From Candidatus Hydrogenedentota bacterium (GTDB lineage: Bacteria > Hydrogenedentota > Hydrogenedentia > Hydrogenedentales > JAEUWI01): a DNA stretch of 64,000 nt. Made by a program: the position numbers and the translations under genes. The stretch lies in the NCBI GenBank assembly GCA_016791475.1, contig JAEUWI010000010.1:20352-84351 (forward strand). Direction: 5' to 3'. Under the pieces are notes generated by a model. It did not search any database, was not told where the DNA came from, and was given only the letters and a program-made list of their open reading frames with translations. Positions 49,431 to 58,729 of the stretch are shown here, one piece after another. How positions within the stretch are numbered: position 1 is the stretch's first letter; each line of letters opens with the position of its first letter.

Positions 49431-51229
49431 GGCGCGGCCTCCGCCATGGCCGGGACGGCGCGCTCCACGGTGCCGCATTGTTTCATTTCATCGCGATAAT
49501 AAGGGTTGGCCACTTCTTCGCCGGGCTGAATCCACGAGCCTGGGGCCATGGGGCAGTGGATGATGAAGAGATTGGGCGTGACCGCGCCCGAGGGTGCAAA
49601 CTGACCCGCGATGGCGATCATGGCGTCGCTCAGGGGACCGAATTTTTCGCGCTGCACCTCCAGGGGTTGATCGTCCATGGCCTGCGCGGCGCCAAGCAAT
49701 GTTGCCGTGGCGTCCCTCGCGGGGTGGGCTTCATTTGCGATCAGGGTTTCCGCCGCCGCGATGAGGGGCTTAAGATCGAGGGGCTTGTCTTCGCCCGGCG
49801 CGCCGCCAAGGATTGCGCTGAGCTTGAGATACTCCACATAGAGCGCATCGGTTTCGGGCGATGTCTCCGTGGTCTCGGAAGTGACCTCTTCCATGGGCGG
49901 CGCGGCGCTATCATCGAGCATGGGCGTGGCGCTATCGTTTGTCAGGAATTTCTGAACCGCTTCGCGCAGGCGGCTTTCCGTGTCCAACAGGAACTGGCCG
50001 CTCGTGACCACGGCGTCGCCCTCATTCAGGCCCGCGAGGATCTGCACATACCCATCGCTCCCCTGATGTCCCAGTTGCAGTTCCTTGAGCTGAAAGTGGC
50101 CTTTGCCCCCGTCGACAAAAGCGATCTGACGCGCGCCCGTGTTGATGATCGCTTCGCGTGGCGCCAGCAGCGTGTCGTCTCCGAGGATGACGTCCAGGCG
50201 GGCTGTGGCGTACATGCCGGGGCGCAGGCGCATGCCGGGATTGTGAATGGCGAGGCGAGCGGACGTCGTGCGCGTCTCCATGTTCACATGGGGATAGATA
50301 AAATCGATCACACCGGTGACGGGCTCGCCGGGCGCGGCATCGGCCGAGGCGGTCACCGGCTGCCCCAGCGCGATGAAGGGCAGGTCCATCTCGAATAGGG
50401 CGATGTCCATCCATAGGAGATCGTGATCGACGATCTTGAAGAGGGTCGCGCCCGCTTCCACGCCCGCGCCTTCCGACACCATCTTTTCGAGCACATGGCC
50501 CTCCGCCGTGCTCAGAATCGTGACCGTGCGCGGGGCCTCATTGCGCTCGGCGTAGTCCGCTATTTGCTTCGGCGTCAGGCCCCACAACTCCAGTCGTTTT
50601 GCGCTGGTGTTGGCCAGCGCCTGGCCGTGGCCCTCGCGGTTTTTCAACGAGATCAGCTCGCTGATGGCCTGGTGAATTTCCGGGCTGTACAACTCAAAGA
50701 GCGGGTCGCCCGGCGCGATGTACATGCCCTCGGTGTCCGCGTGAAGTTTTTCGATCCACCCGGAAACGCGCAGATTGACCTCGTGGACATTCGGCTCGGC
50801 CTCTTTGAGGAAGCCCGCCGCGCGGATCTCGCGAAAGAGCGGACCCATCCGCACTTTCGCGGTGCGCACGCCCATGTTCTGCACCACGGCGGGGTCGATC
50901 TGAACCGCGCCGCTGGTGTGGGTCGCGCCCGGACCCTGCTTAAGGGGCTCCAGGGCCATGTGGCATATGGGGCAGACGCCGGGCTCTTTCTGGATTACCT
51001 GGGGGTGCATGCTGCAGGTCCAGAGTTGCGCGGTCGATTCTCCACCGGGCTCAGCGGCGGCCTCTGGCGCACCCTCCCGATGCAGGCCCAGGTGATGGGC
51101 GATGGGTTGTCCCCAGCGCGTGCCAAGGGCGATGCCAGCCAGCAAGGCGATGGCCAGTAGAATAAGGGTAATACCGCCGGAACGGTGACCAGCGGGGGGA
51201 AGACCGCTGCGGCTCTTGATTGGATTCAT
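49427..51229 (-). CDS. CusB/CzcB-family periplasmic adaptor (MFP) with N-terminal CxMHP...PGxCPxCxMxL metal-binding domain
   Basis: CSMHPQVIQKEPGVCPICHMALEP; beta-barrel/lipoyl/MPD regions. Confidence 0.85.
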   Translation of the reverse strand: MNPIKSRSGLPPAGHRSGGITLILLAIALLAGIALGTRWGQPIAHHLGLHREGAPEAAAEPGGESTAQLWTCSMHPQVIQKEPGVCPICHMALEPLKQGPGATHTSGAVQIDPAVVQNMGVRTAKVRMGPLFREIRAAGFLKEAEPNVHEVNLRVSGWIEKLHADTEGMYIAPGDPLFELYSPEIHQAISELISLKNREGHGQALANTSAKRLELWGLTPKQIADYAERNEAPRTVTILSTAEGHVLEKMVSEGAGVEAGATLFKIVDHDLLWMDIALFEMDLPFIALGQPVTASADAAPGEPVTGVIDFIYPHVNMETRTTSARLAIHNPGMRLRPGMYATARLDVILGDDTLLAPREAIINTGARQIAFVDGGKGHFQLKELQLGHQGSDGYVQILAGLNEGDAVVTSGQFLLDTESRLREAVQKFLTNDSATPMLDDSAAPPMEEVTSETTETSPETDALYVEYLKLSAILGGAPGEDKPLDLKPLIAAAETLIANEAHPARDATATLLGAAQAMDDQPLEVQREKFGPLSDAMIAIAGQFAPSGAVTPNLFIIHCPMAPGSWIQPGEEVANPYYRDEMKQCGTVERAVPAMAEAAP

Positions 51230-51377
51230 GGTCGAGGCTCCAGATCGAAGGGGGTGATCGGGAGAGGAGCCCTGATGCGGGTGTCAGACGCGAGCGGAAT
51301 CCTCTCGGGAACAGGTTTCGACCGCATTCAACCCGTACAGGTATAGTACACCTGATGGGGCATGCGGGGAGCGAGGA

Positions 51378-51764
51378 TCAGCAGCGGAAAGACTGGGTGC
51401 GCAGGATCAACGGCGGGGGAGATGTCGAATCCTGCTGAGCAATGGCGATGGCAAAGCCTTCGGGCATCTTGGGCAGCAATAGAGCCGCAACGGAAACGGA
51501 TGCCGTCCAAGCGGGGTGGTGATTGTCTTCCGGTCCGGGGTTCGCAGGCCGGGAGGCAGCGGGATTGGCCGCAGCCTGAGTCACCGTCACATCGCAGCAG
51601 GCACGGGAGGCATCCATGACATCGCACGCGGGTTGGGATTCCGCGGCGCAACAACACACGCTGGATACTTCGCCCGACATGCGGCAGGCAAAGGAAACCG
51701 CGCCGGCAGCCCAACCGTGGGCAGCCAGGGCAAGAATCAGAGCGATGTGTATAATTTGTTTCAT
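51378..51764 (-). CDS. small secreted Cys-rich protein (128 aa; CCC, CC and single Cys clusters), candidate periplasmic metal-binding accessory
   Basis: signal peptide MKQIIHIALILALAAHGWAAGA; ...FACRMSGEVSSVCCCAAESQPACDVMDASRACCDVTV; immediately upstream of MFP gene on same strand; coding-like GC3. Confidence 0.5.
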   Translation of the reverse strand: MKQIIHIALILALAAHGWAAGAVSFACRMSGEVSSVCCCAAESQPACDVMDASRACCDVTVTQAAANPAASRPANPGPEDNHHPAWTASVSVAALLLPKMPEGFAIAIAQQDSTSPPPLILRTQSFRC

Positions 51765-52079
51765 GACGCTATTGTAGCAGAGGGTTGGGCCGGACGCAAT
51801 GGACAGTCGAATATACATTCTCTCAACCGTGCGGAACTATGTAATCGGTGTAGAAAAAGAGCTCTGGACCACGGGTTGGACGGATGGGCACGAATGAGAT
51901 GGTCGATTCTGGCGTCACACAAGTCGGCCTCGTCAGGTCCAGACTTCTTTCGGCGTGGGTGTTGCGAAAGCGAGAAGACACGCTTGTTCTTCCGTCAGCT
52001 ATACGACTTCGACGGCCCGAGCGGAAAATTCTTCCCACAGACCGGTGAGGGGCTGTGGGAGGATCATCTGCTACGCCCA

Positions 52080-52478
52080 TCAGTCGCTTCCCGCATGGCC
52101 GTCGCCGCCACTTTCGGGCATATCTTCCTGTTGAACGCGCAGATCGGGTCGGTAACGGTGTCTTTTGTCTGAGTCCTCGGCACACAACGAGGCAAAACTT
52201 CGGTGATAGCGCTTTCCGGGTTGGCGCTTTTCGCGCAAAGCCCATCGAACGAGGAGGAACGCCGCGACCAGGAAAATAACTATCGATACGCTACCTTCCG
52301 TCGAGATCTGGGACTCAAATTGGACGTCGGGCGGAGCCTCGGAGGAATCCGTCACGGCCTGTGCTACGACGAAAGGAAACAGGACACCGCCGTGTTCAGA
52401 TGCAATAATCGCCATCCCCAACAGCGCGGTGGCCATAGGGAAGAGCATTGAGCTACACCGAAGGAGTCGTTCTCTCAT
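52080..52478 (-). CDS. hypothetical small membrane protein (2 TM)
   Basis: ORF track 52080..52766 trimmed to internal start; low-GC region; weak support. Confidence 0.3.
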   Translation of the reverse strand: MRERLLRCSSMLFPMATALLGMAIIASEHGGVLFPFVVAQAVTDSSEAPPDVQFESQISTEGSVSIVIFLVAAFLLVRWALREKRQPGKRYHRSFASLCAEDSDKRHRYRPDLRVQQEDMPESGGDGHAGSD

Positions 52479-52587
52479 CGTAGTCGATATGATACGCAGC
52501 ATGACATTCAATCTCCGCCGGTCACAATCCACTGACGATCCGTTGGGACTTGAATTCGGAATAGGGTTAGATCGTATCGCCCTACCC

Positions 52588-52950
52588 TCACCACCAGCTA
52601 TTATCATCGTTGCGGGGGTTATTCCATTCATCCCGCGTGCGTTGCTCCTCCTCCGAGGCGAAGATGTTGCCGTGAAAGCGATGCGCGACAACGAGCAGTA
52701 TGGCGATGGACAGTAGTACCACAGAATAGACGACGAGAGCCCTTCCCAGTAGCTCCCATCCGGCACTCAGTTCACGAGGTGGAGGGTGGTCATTATCTCT
52801 CGACTGTGCAAATGCCTGTCCGAGACTTTCGGGAACCATGGGCGCTTCTGTTGTTGCGACCAATACCGCCGAAATACATATGACTACACGATAGGCAAGG
52901 GACTTCTTGTCCCGTGCAGGGGATTTGTCGCCGGAGGAAGTTCTCATTTT
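52588..52950 (-). CDS. hypothetical small membrane protein (2 TM)
   Basis: ORF track 52588..52959; directly downstream of GRDP-like gene on same strand. Confidence 0.35.
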   Translation of the reverse strand, partial: KMRTSSGDKSPARDKKSLAYRVVICISAVLVATTEAPMVPESLGQAFAQSRDNDHPPPRELSAGWELLGRALVVYSVVLLSIAILLVVAHRFHGNIFASEEEQRTRDEWNNPRNDDNSWW

Positions 52951-52962
52951 GTGCCGCACGAA

Positions 52963-53850
52963 TCAACTGCCGCACCCGCCGCCACATCCACCACCGCCGC
53001 AACCACTTCCGCACCCGCTATCGCCTCCACAACCCGATCCTCCATCGCCGCTGCTTCCGCAACCGAACCAGGAACTGCACCCGCCACCGCCACCGCCACC
53101 ATCTTTGCCCTCGCGCTTTCCTCGTGCGGCTCCCGCTACGGAAACCAGCGCGCCAGTAAGCACAATTCCCCCACACACCGTTATCAGGGCAACCTGGGGT
53201 GTCGTTAACGTGTCCTGTTCCTTTGTTGAGTCCTTGTCAACGGCTTCGGTGCGCTGCGCGTGGGTATCCAGAAAGAGAGGAGGGTGGCCGGTGGAAATCG
53301 CGAGGCCCAGCACGGACAGCATCCCCGCGACCAATGTGCCTGCGACGACACGTCTCGCGCGAACCCGGGGTATTACCCAGAATCGGGCAGGCTGGAGCCA
53401 CACGCCCTGATTGCGTCGCGCAAAGCGCTCCTTCGCATCGGGCCAGATGTCGCGCGGGGCCACCTCGCCGAAGGTCTGTTCGTAGAGCGCCAGGGTGTAT
53501 TCATACTGGCCTTCGAAGCGCTCGCCTTCGGCCTTGCCGCCTTTGGTGGGGCCGTGGTGGAGGTAGCGCCCGAACAGGGCGTCGCACCATTCATGGTAGG
53601 ACTCGGTGTAGACGATGTGGAGGTGCCAGGCCTGGTCCACGGCTTCGCTGGGCGTCACGTGGCGGTCGGAAATTGCCGCCAGGATGAGGAAGCGGGTGTA
53701 TTCCCGCACGACGCGCTCGGTGAAGGGCCGGGTCCAGCCGTATTGTTCGCGCTGGAGGCGGGCGGTAAAGTTGAGCGCGGCGTCGGGGTCGTTGAGTTGC
53801 AGGGCGTCCGCTTTTGCGATAAGTTCCGGCAGGGTCGGGGGTTGGATCAT
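52963..53850 (-). CDS. GRDP-like (DUF1399-type) domain membrane protein with two TM helices and a C-terminal Cys/Gly-rich metallothionein-like tail
   Basis: AWHLHIVYTESYHEWCDALFGRYLHHGP; TM1 VVAGTLVAGMLSVLGLAI, TM2 VALITVCGGIVLTGALVSVAGAA; tail GGGGGGGCSSWFGCGSSGDGGSGCGGDSGCGSGCGGGGCGGGCGS; GGGAG RBS before ATG at 53850. Confidence 0.6.
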   Translation of the reverse strand: MIQPPTLPELIAKADALQLNDPDAALNFTARLQREQYGWTRPFTERVVREYTRFLILAAISDRHVTPSEAVDQAWHLHIVYTESYHEWCDALFGRYLHHGPTKGGKAEGERFEGQYEYTLALYEQTFGEVAPRDIWPDAKERFARRNQGVWLQPARFWVIPRVRARRVVAGTLVAGMLSVLGLAISTGHPPLFLDTHAQRTEAVDKDSTKEQDTLTTPQVALITVCGGIVLTGALVSVAGAARGKREGKDGGGGGGGCSSWFGCGSSGDGGSGCGGDSGCGSGCGGGGCGGGCGS

Positions 53851-54000
53851 GAGGTTTCTCCCTCGTCGTTTGTTCCCATCGTTCGTTGTGGGAGTATACC
53901 CGAATTGGGGAGGAAATATTCGCAGGTTGCGAGGCTCGATTGCGGGGACGGCAGGGGCGAGCGGTGGCAATGGCTATGATGAAGCTTGCTGTGGGATTTA

Positions 54001-54137
54001 CCCCCCCTACCCCCCCGCAAGCGGGTGGACCAAGCGGTTCACTTTGACACGTGTGGTTCCCCCCGCAAGCGGGTGGACCAAGCGGTTCACTTTGACACGT
54101 GTGGTTCCCCCCGCTTGCGGGGGGCCACGGGGGTAGG
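54001..54137. repeat. tandem 48-nt repeat (2 copies plus partial) of CCCCCCGCAAGCGGG hairpin + TGGACCAAGCGGTTCACTTTGACACGTGTGGTT, bracketed by inverted CCCCCTACCCCC / GGGGGTAGG
   Basis: seen directly; homologous to element at 36411..36499. Confidence 0.7.
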
Positions 54138-54211
54138 TCCTCGAAGTAGTAGAGTCTAACACTCCGCTCTCGCCAGGCTGCAATGCCAGCCAGATACTGT
54201 CCCCGTGGGAC

Positions 54212-56032
54212 CTAAAACAACTTCTCGACGTAGACCCGGTCGCCGTCTTTGAGGTGGGCGGAGGCCATAAACTCGGGAGCCATGCGCGCGGTGGTTCCGT
54301 TGCCGGGATCCGCGGCCTTGAGGTGGATGCTGTGGAGTCCGCCGAGCCACCAGCGCTGATCGCAGACGTAGAGCAGATCGCCGTGTTCGGCGGCGAGGGT
54401 GTGGAGGTGTTCGCTGGAAAGCTGGACCACCTCTTGGCCTTCGAGGGCCGGGTCGGATTCGACGGTGAGGTAGACGAGCTTGCCTTCGCGACGGTTGATT
54501 TTTCCGCCTTTGAACTGCTCCATGGCGTGGAGCTGCGTGCCGTTGACGAGGCCCGCGATGGCCTCGATGGGCTGGGGGCGCGTCGCGAGGGCGACGACGA
54601 CGCCGAGGGCGCCGCTGGCGACCAGGCCGAAGAGGGCGCGGGTGAAACCGTAGCTGTCGGGGCCCATGCCGAAGGAGAAGGCGCTCAGCAGCCACCCGTC
54701 GAAGGGCGCCAGGGTGGAGAGGAACACGAGCAGACTACCGCCAATGAGGGTAGCCAACGCGGCGGGGGCGTTGTAGCGCCTCCAGAGGATGCCGAGCAGG
54801 ATCGCCATGACGATGGGCGGTGTGATGGCGGCGGTGAATTTCGCGTGGGCCTGATAGACCGTGTCGCCCTGGAAGACGGGGACAAGGGCAAGGCCGATGG
54901 CCGCCACGGTAAGGCTGGACAGGCGCGCGACCTTGAGGTAGTGCTGATCGTGCGCGCCCTTCTTGATATAGGGCTGGTAGATGTCGTTCACAAAGACCGC
55001 GCTCGCCGCGTTGATCAGGGTGTCCGCCGTGCTCATCAGGGCGGCCATAAGCGCGGCGAGGACGAAGCCGAATACGCCGGGTCCGCAGAGAAAGTGAGAG
55101 GCGAGGATGAAGGCCTCGTTGGCCTTTGCTTCGAGATCGCCATTCTCAACCAGCGCCCGGGCAGCCCAGCCGCCGCCGCTCACGGTGATGGCGGCGAGGG
55201 GCGACAGAATCAGAATCCAGCAGATGGCCATTTTCTGGCCGTCTTTGACGCTGCGCATGGCGAGGAAGCGCATGATGATACCCTGATTCATCAGCACGAA
55301 GGCGCCCGAATTTGCGAGTCCATCCTGGGCGTAGATGCCGATGAAGCTGAATTTGTCGGGCGCGTTGAACTCGGAGAAGATGTAGCGGTGGGACTGTGGG
55401 AGCAGGGCCCAGAAATCCACGAAGCCGCCGACGTGGGCGACGCCGGCGAGGAAGATGCCGACGCCCACGACGAGGAGCGTGATGCCCTGTACGAGGTCGG
55501 TCATGATGACGGAGGTCTGGCCTCCGGCGAAGACATAGAAGGTGACGGCGACACAGGCGAGGGCCGCTCCGGCGAAGATGTTCCAGCCGACCATGGTGTT
55601 GAGGGCAACGCCGAGGGTGAGGAGGTTGATACCCACGTAGCCCACGAGGTAGATGAGAATGATGGTCGTGGCCACGGCGCGGGGGATACGTCCGAATCGG
55701 CGCTCAAAGTATTCCGGCACGGAGTAGACGCGCTGGTAATAGATGATGGGCAGCCAGACGAGCAGGAGGATGGGCATCCAGAACCAGTCATTGAGGTAGG
55801 TCTGGCTGCTGCTGATACCGTAGCTGAAGCCGGCCTCGCTGTACTTTACGAAGCTGTAGCTGCCGACGGTGGTTGCCGTCGCGGAGAAAGCAATGACCCA
55901 CCAGGCAAAACGCTGGCCGCCGAGGTAAAAGTCTTTCGTGGTGGTGCTGTACTTGCCGAAGAAGACGCCGAAGCCCACCACGGCGACGAAGTAAATCAGC
56001 AGGACCGCGACGTCCAGGGGGGTTCCGATCAT
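54212..56032 (-). CDS. sodium:solute symporter (SSS) family transporter
   Basis: MIGTPLDVAVLLIYFVAVVGFGVFFGKYSTTTKDFYLGGQRF N-terminus; ~13 TM; ATGA overlap with upstream small membrane gene. Confidence 0.85.
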   Translation of the reverse strand: MIGTPLDVAVLLIYFVAVVGFGVFFGKYSTTTKDFYLGGQRFAWWVIAFSATATTVGSYSFVKYSEAGFSYGISSSQTYLNDWFWMPILLLVWLPIIYYQRVYSVPEYFERRFGRIPRAVATTIILIYLVGYVGINLLTLGVALNTMVGWNIFAGAALACVAVTFYVFAGGQTSVIMTDLVQGITLLVVGVGIFLAGVAHVGGFVDFWALLPQSHRYIFSEFNAPDKFSFIGIYAQDGLANSGAFVLMNQGIIMRFLAMRSVKDGQKMAICWILILSPLAAITVSGGGWAARALVENGDLEAKANEAFILASHFLCGPGVFGFVLAALMAALMSTADTLINAASAVFVNDIYQPYIKKGAHDQHYLKVARLSSLTVAAIGLALVPVFQGDTVYQAHAKFTAAITPPIVMAILLGILWRRYNAPAALATLIGGSLLVFLSTLAPFDGWLLSAFSFGMGPDSYGFTRALFGLVASGALGVVVALATRPQPIEAIAGLVNGTQLHAMEQFKGGKINRREGKLVYLTVESDPALEGQEVVQLSSEHLHTLAAEHGDLLYVCDQRWWLGGLHSIHLKAADPGNGTTARMAPEFMASAHLKDGDRVYVEKLF

Positions 56033-56256
56033 GGCGTGACCTCCCCGCCGACAAAGGGCAGCCAGAAGGTGAAGGCGCAGGAGAAGAAGAGGAGGAGGGC
56101 GTAGCCGCCCAGCAGGACCCCCAGAAGCTTGCGGTGGTCGCCCAGCTTCAGGTCCAGATAGCCGCTGGAAAGGCCAGCCCAGAGGCCGACGAGTCCCAAC
56201 AACCCGCCGATGCCAAACTGACACAAAATGGGCCAGACACGCGCCATGTCAACCAT
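56029..56256 (-). CDS. small membrane protein accessory to SSS symporter (DUF997/YhdT-like)
   Basis: 75 aa, 2 TM; GGAGAGG RBS; translationally coupled to symporter. Confidence 0.55.
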   Translation of the reverse strand: MVDMARVWPILCQFGIGGLLGLVGLWAGLSSGYLDLKLGDHRKLLGVLLGGYALLLFFSCAFTFWLPFVGGEVTP

Positions 56257-56420
56257 AAGGGGAATTCCTCTCCAGAATAGCCAAAGGGGGATTGTTGCGG
56301 GGGAAAGGCGGCTCTCTCCGGCCTTCCACAGCCCGGCTCCGGCGATGGTAGCAGACCGAGGCGCGGTTTCGTCAACCTTGAGATTGCTCCCCCGTCGGCC
56401 CTCGCCTATAATCCCCGACC

Positions 56421-58616
56421 ATGACCGATGCTGAAGCCAACCCACATCAGACCGAACGAAGTGCGGGCGAAGCCAGGCTTGCGCTGCTCGCGAGTGCCCT
56501 GGGGCTGTTGTTTGCCGCCGCGCTTTTCTACCCCCTTATGCGGGGAAACCTTTACCTCGGTAGCGACCTCGGGGCCTATCACCTGCCCGTCCGTGCCTTC
56601 TACAGCCACTGCCTGAAAGAGGGCCTGAGCTTCCTTTGGTGGCCCGACCAATTCTGCGGCTACTACATCCACGGCGAAGGTCAGGGCGGTATGCTCCATC
56701 CATTGCACTTGCTTCTCTACCGCGCCCTCCCGCTGGACTGGGCCTTCAATCTCGAATTTGTCAGCGGCTATCTCATCGCCTATGGCGGCATGGCGGCCTT
56801 GCTGCGCCGCTGGTCGCTCCCGTGGTACGCCGCCCTCTTTGGCGCGAACGGTTTCGCCTTCTCCGGCTTCACGCTCATTCATTTCATGCACATGCAGGCC
56901 ATCGCCATCATCGGGCACCTTCCCTGGATGCTGCTGGCTGCGGATGTACTCCTGAAGTCCGACGACGGTCGGGCGCTGCGCAAAGCCTGGGCCGCGCTTG
57001 CGCTCCTCGCCGCTTCCCAGTTGCTCCTGGGGTATCCCCAGTATGTGCTGTTCACGCTTCTCGCGCTCGGGCTGTACACGCTGGCGCACCTGCGCACGGC
57101 GGGCATCACGCGGCGAATCTTGATGCTGGCCCTTGCGCTGCTCGTGGGGCTTTTGGTCGCGGGTATCCAAATCGTACCGACCTTCGATGTGCTCCAGACC
57201 GCACTGCGCCAGGACAACGCCGAGGCGTGGCGCAGCGGATCACTGCATCCCCTGAATCTCCTGCAATGGATCGGACCCTACTGGTTTGAGAATCGAATGG
57301 GTTATGGCGTGCCCGCCCACGAATATGGACTTTATACCGGTACGGTGCCCGTGCTCCTGGGCCTCTGGCTTCTGATCCAGGCGCCCGGCGGATCGGGGCG
57401 GCAACGCGGCCTCGCTATTCTCCTGGGGGCGCAGGTGGTTCTCGCCCTCGTGCTGGGCCTGGGTGAATACGGGGGCTTGTACGCCCTCCTCGCGAAGTTG
57501 CCCGTGGTCGGCTCCTTTCGCTGTTCCGCCCGCCACATCGTGTTGATCCACTTTTCCCTTGCCGCAATGGCCGCGCTCGCCGCCACCCGATTGACGCAAG
57601 ACCGGGATACAGGGAAGCGGGGTGTCCTGTCAATCACTATCGCTGTCGCCGTGGGCTGGGCCGCACTCGCGCTGGTCCTCGTGTTGCGCGCCACAGGTCC
57701 TGCGGAGTTCAGCGAGGCATTCACCCGCGACATTCGCTGGCTGCTTGCAGGGCCCCTCTTGATGTCCCTTGTCGCCGCACTGCTGTACTACGCGACGCGC
57801 CGTCCGGCCTCGGGTCTCGTGGCACTCATGGTCGTGGCGATGCTGGATATCGGGTTCTACGGGCTCCCCTTTGTCAGCAACCACACCCCACGGTCCTCAT
57901 CTCTTTCCGCGCTGGAATTAGCTATTGGACCGGAACTTCCCGCCGATTTCAACCCAGCACAATCTCAGGAATTTCGCGCCCACGGCAACTGGCGCGTTGC
58001 CCGGCTCACCCAGTTGGGCCTTCCGAATTATCTCGGTTATGTTGGACTGCCCCCCGCATGGGAACTGGATCCGAACGCGGACGTCACCAGGCGGTTGGCG
58101 GGCGTCCGCTGGGAGAAGCGTCCCCTCCACGCGACGGCATGGACCGTGCACGCCGATGCCCTTCCCCGCGCGCGATTCGTGAGTGAGTCCAGGGTGGGCG
58201 AACCTGCGCAGGTGTTGAGCGGTCAGATCGATATTGCGAGCATCGCCATCACGGAGCACGCACTCGCCCTGGAGGCCGGTGAACCGGGTACGGTATCCTG
58301 GAGGCGTGACAATCCCGGTGACGTAGCCTTCGCGACACAAACGAACACCGCTCAACTCCTCATCTTTTCCGAGCGATACCACCCCGGCTGGCGCGCGGCG
58401 ATAGACGGGTCAAGCGTCCCCCTGGAGCGGGTCTACGGCGATTTCATGGGCTGCGTGGTGCCTCCGGGTCATCACGCCGTGACCTTCGAATTCGCACCAT
58501 TCAGCCTGCGGCTCGGGGGCGGCTTGAGTGCCGTGGGGCTGCTTTTACTGGCCGCAGGTTGCTTTGTTCTCGGTCGGATGGAACCCATAGGGTCACGTCG
58601 GTCCAATCGGTCGTGA
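56421..58616 (+). CDS. YfhO-family polytopic membrane protein (putative glycosyltransferase)
   Basis: 731 aa; many TM helices then C-terminal extracytoplasmic domain; FYPLMRGNLYLGSDLGAYHLP N-terminal pattern. Confidence 0.55.
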   Translation: MTDAEANPHQTERSAGEARLALLASALGLLFAAALFYPLMRGNLYLGSDLGAYHLPVRAFYSHCLKEGLSFLWWPDQFCGYYIHGEGQGGMLHPLHLLLYRALPLDWAFNLEFVSGYLIAYGGMAALLRRWSLPWYAALFGANGFAFSGFTLIHFMHMQAIAIIGHLPWMLLAADVLLKSDDGRALRKAWAALALLAASQLLLGYPQYVLFTLLALGLYTLAHLRTAGITRRILMLALALLVGLLVAGIQIVPTFDVLQTALRQDNAEAWRSGSLHPLNLLQWIGPYWFENRMGYGVPAHEYGLYTGTVPVLLGLWLLIQAPGGSGRQRGLAILLGAQVVLALVLGLGEYGGLYALLAKLPVVGSFRCSARHIVLIHFSLAAMAALAATRLTQDRDTGKRGVLSITIAVAVGWAALALVLVLRATGPAEFSEAFTRDIRWLLAGPLLMSLVAALLYYATRRPASGLVALMVVAMLDIGFYGLPFVSNHTPRSSSLSALELAIGPELPADFNPAQSQEFRAHGNWRVARLTQLGLPNYLGYVGLPPAWELDPNADVTRRLAGVRWEKRPLHATAWTVHADALPRARFVSESRVGEPAQVLSGQIDIASIAITEHALALEAGEPGTVSWRRDNPGDVAFATQTNTAQLLIFSERYHPGWRAAIDGSSVPLERVYGDFMGCVVPPGHHAVTFEFAPFSLRLGGGLSAVGLLLLAAGCFVLGRMEPIGSRRSNRS

Positions 58617-58729
58617 CTTCGGCATTCGGACGCCAATCCCCTCCATCACAAAGATGCATCCGACCTCCGGGCTGCACTACAATGGCCCTTTCCAGCATTT
58701 TTCCGAATTCTCCCCCGTAAAGGCACAAC

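Noticed and set aside
51823-52245. 140-aa Arg-rich minus ORF and the 218-aa plus ORF 51516..52172
   Set aside because: Arg/Ser-rich low-complexity translations overlapping the better-supported Cys-rich gene. Likely non-coding.
54001-54137. Array of hairpin repeats that superficially looks like a mini-CRISPR
   Set aside because: Only two full units, and the sequence between hairpins is identical, so it is a tandem duplication and not unique spacers. No cas genes in the window.
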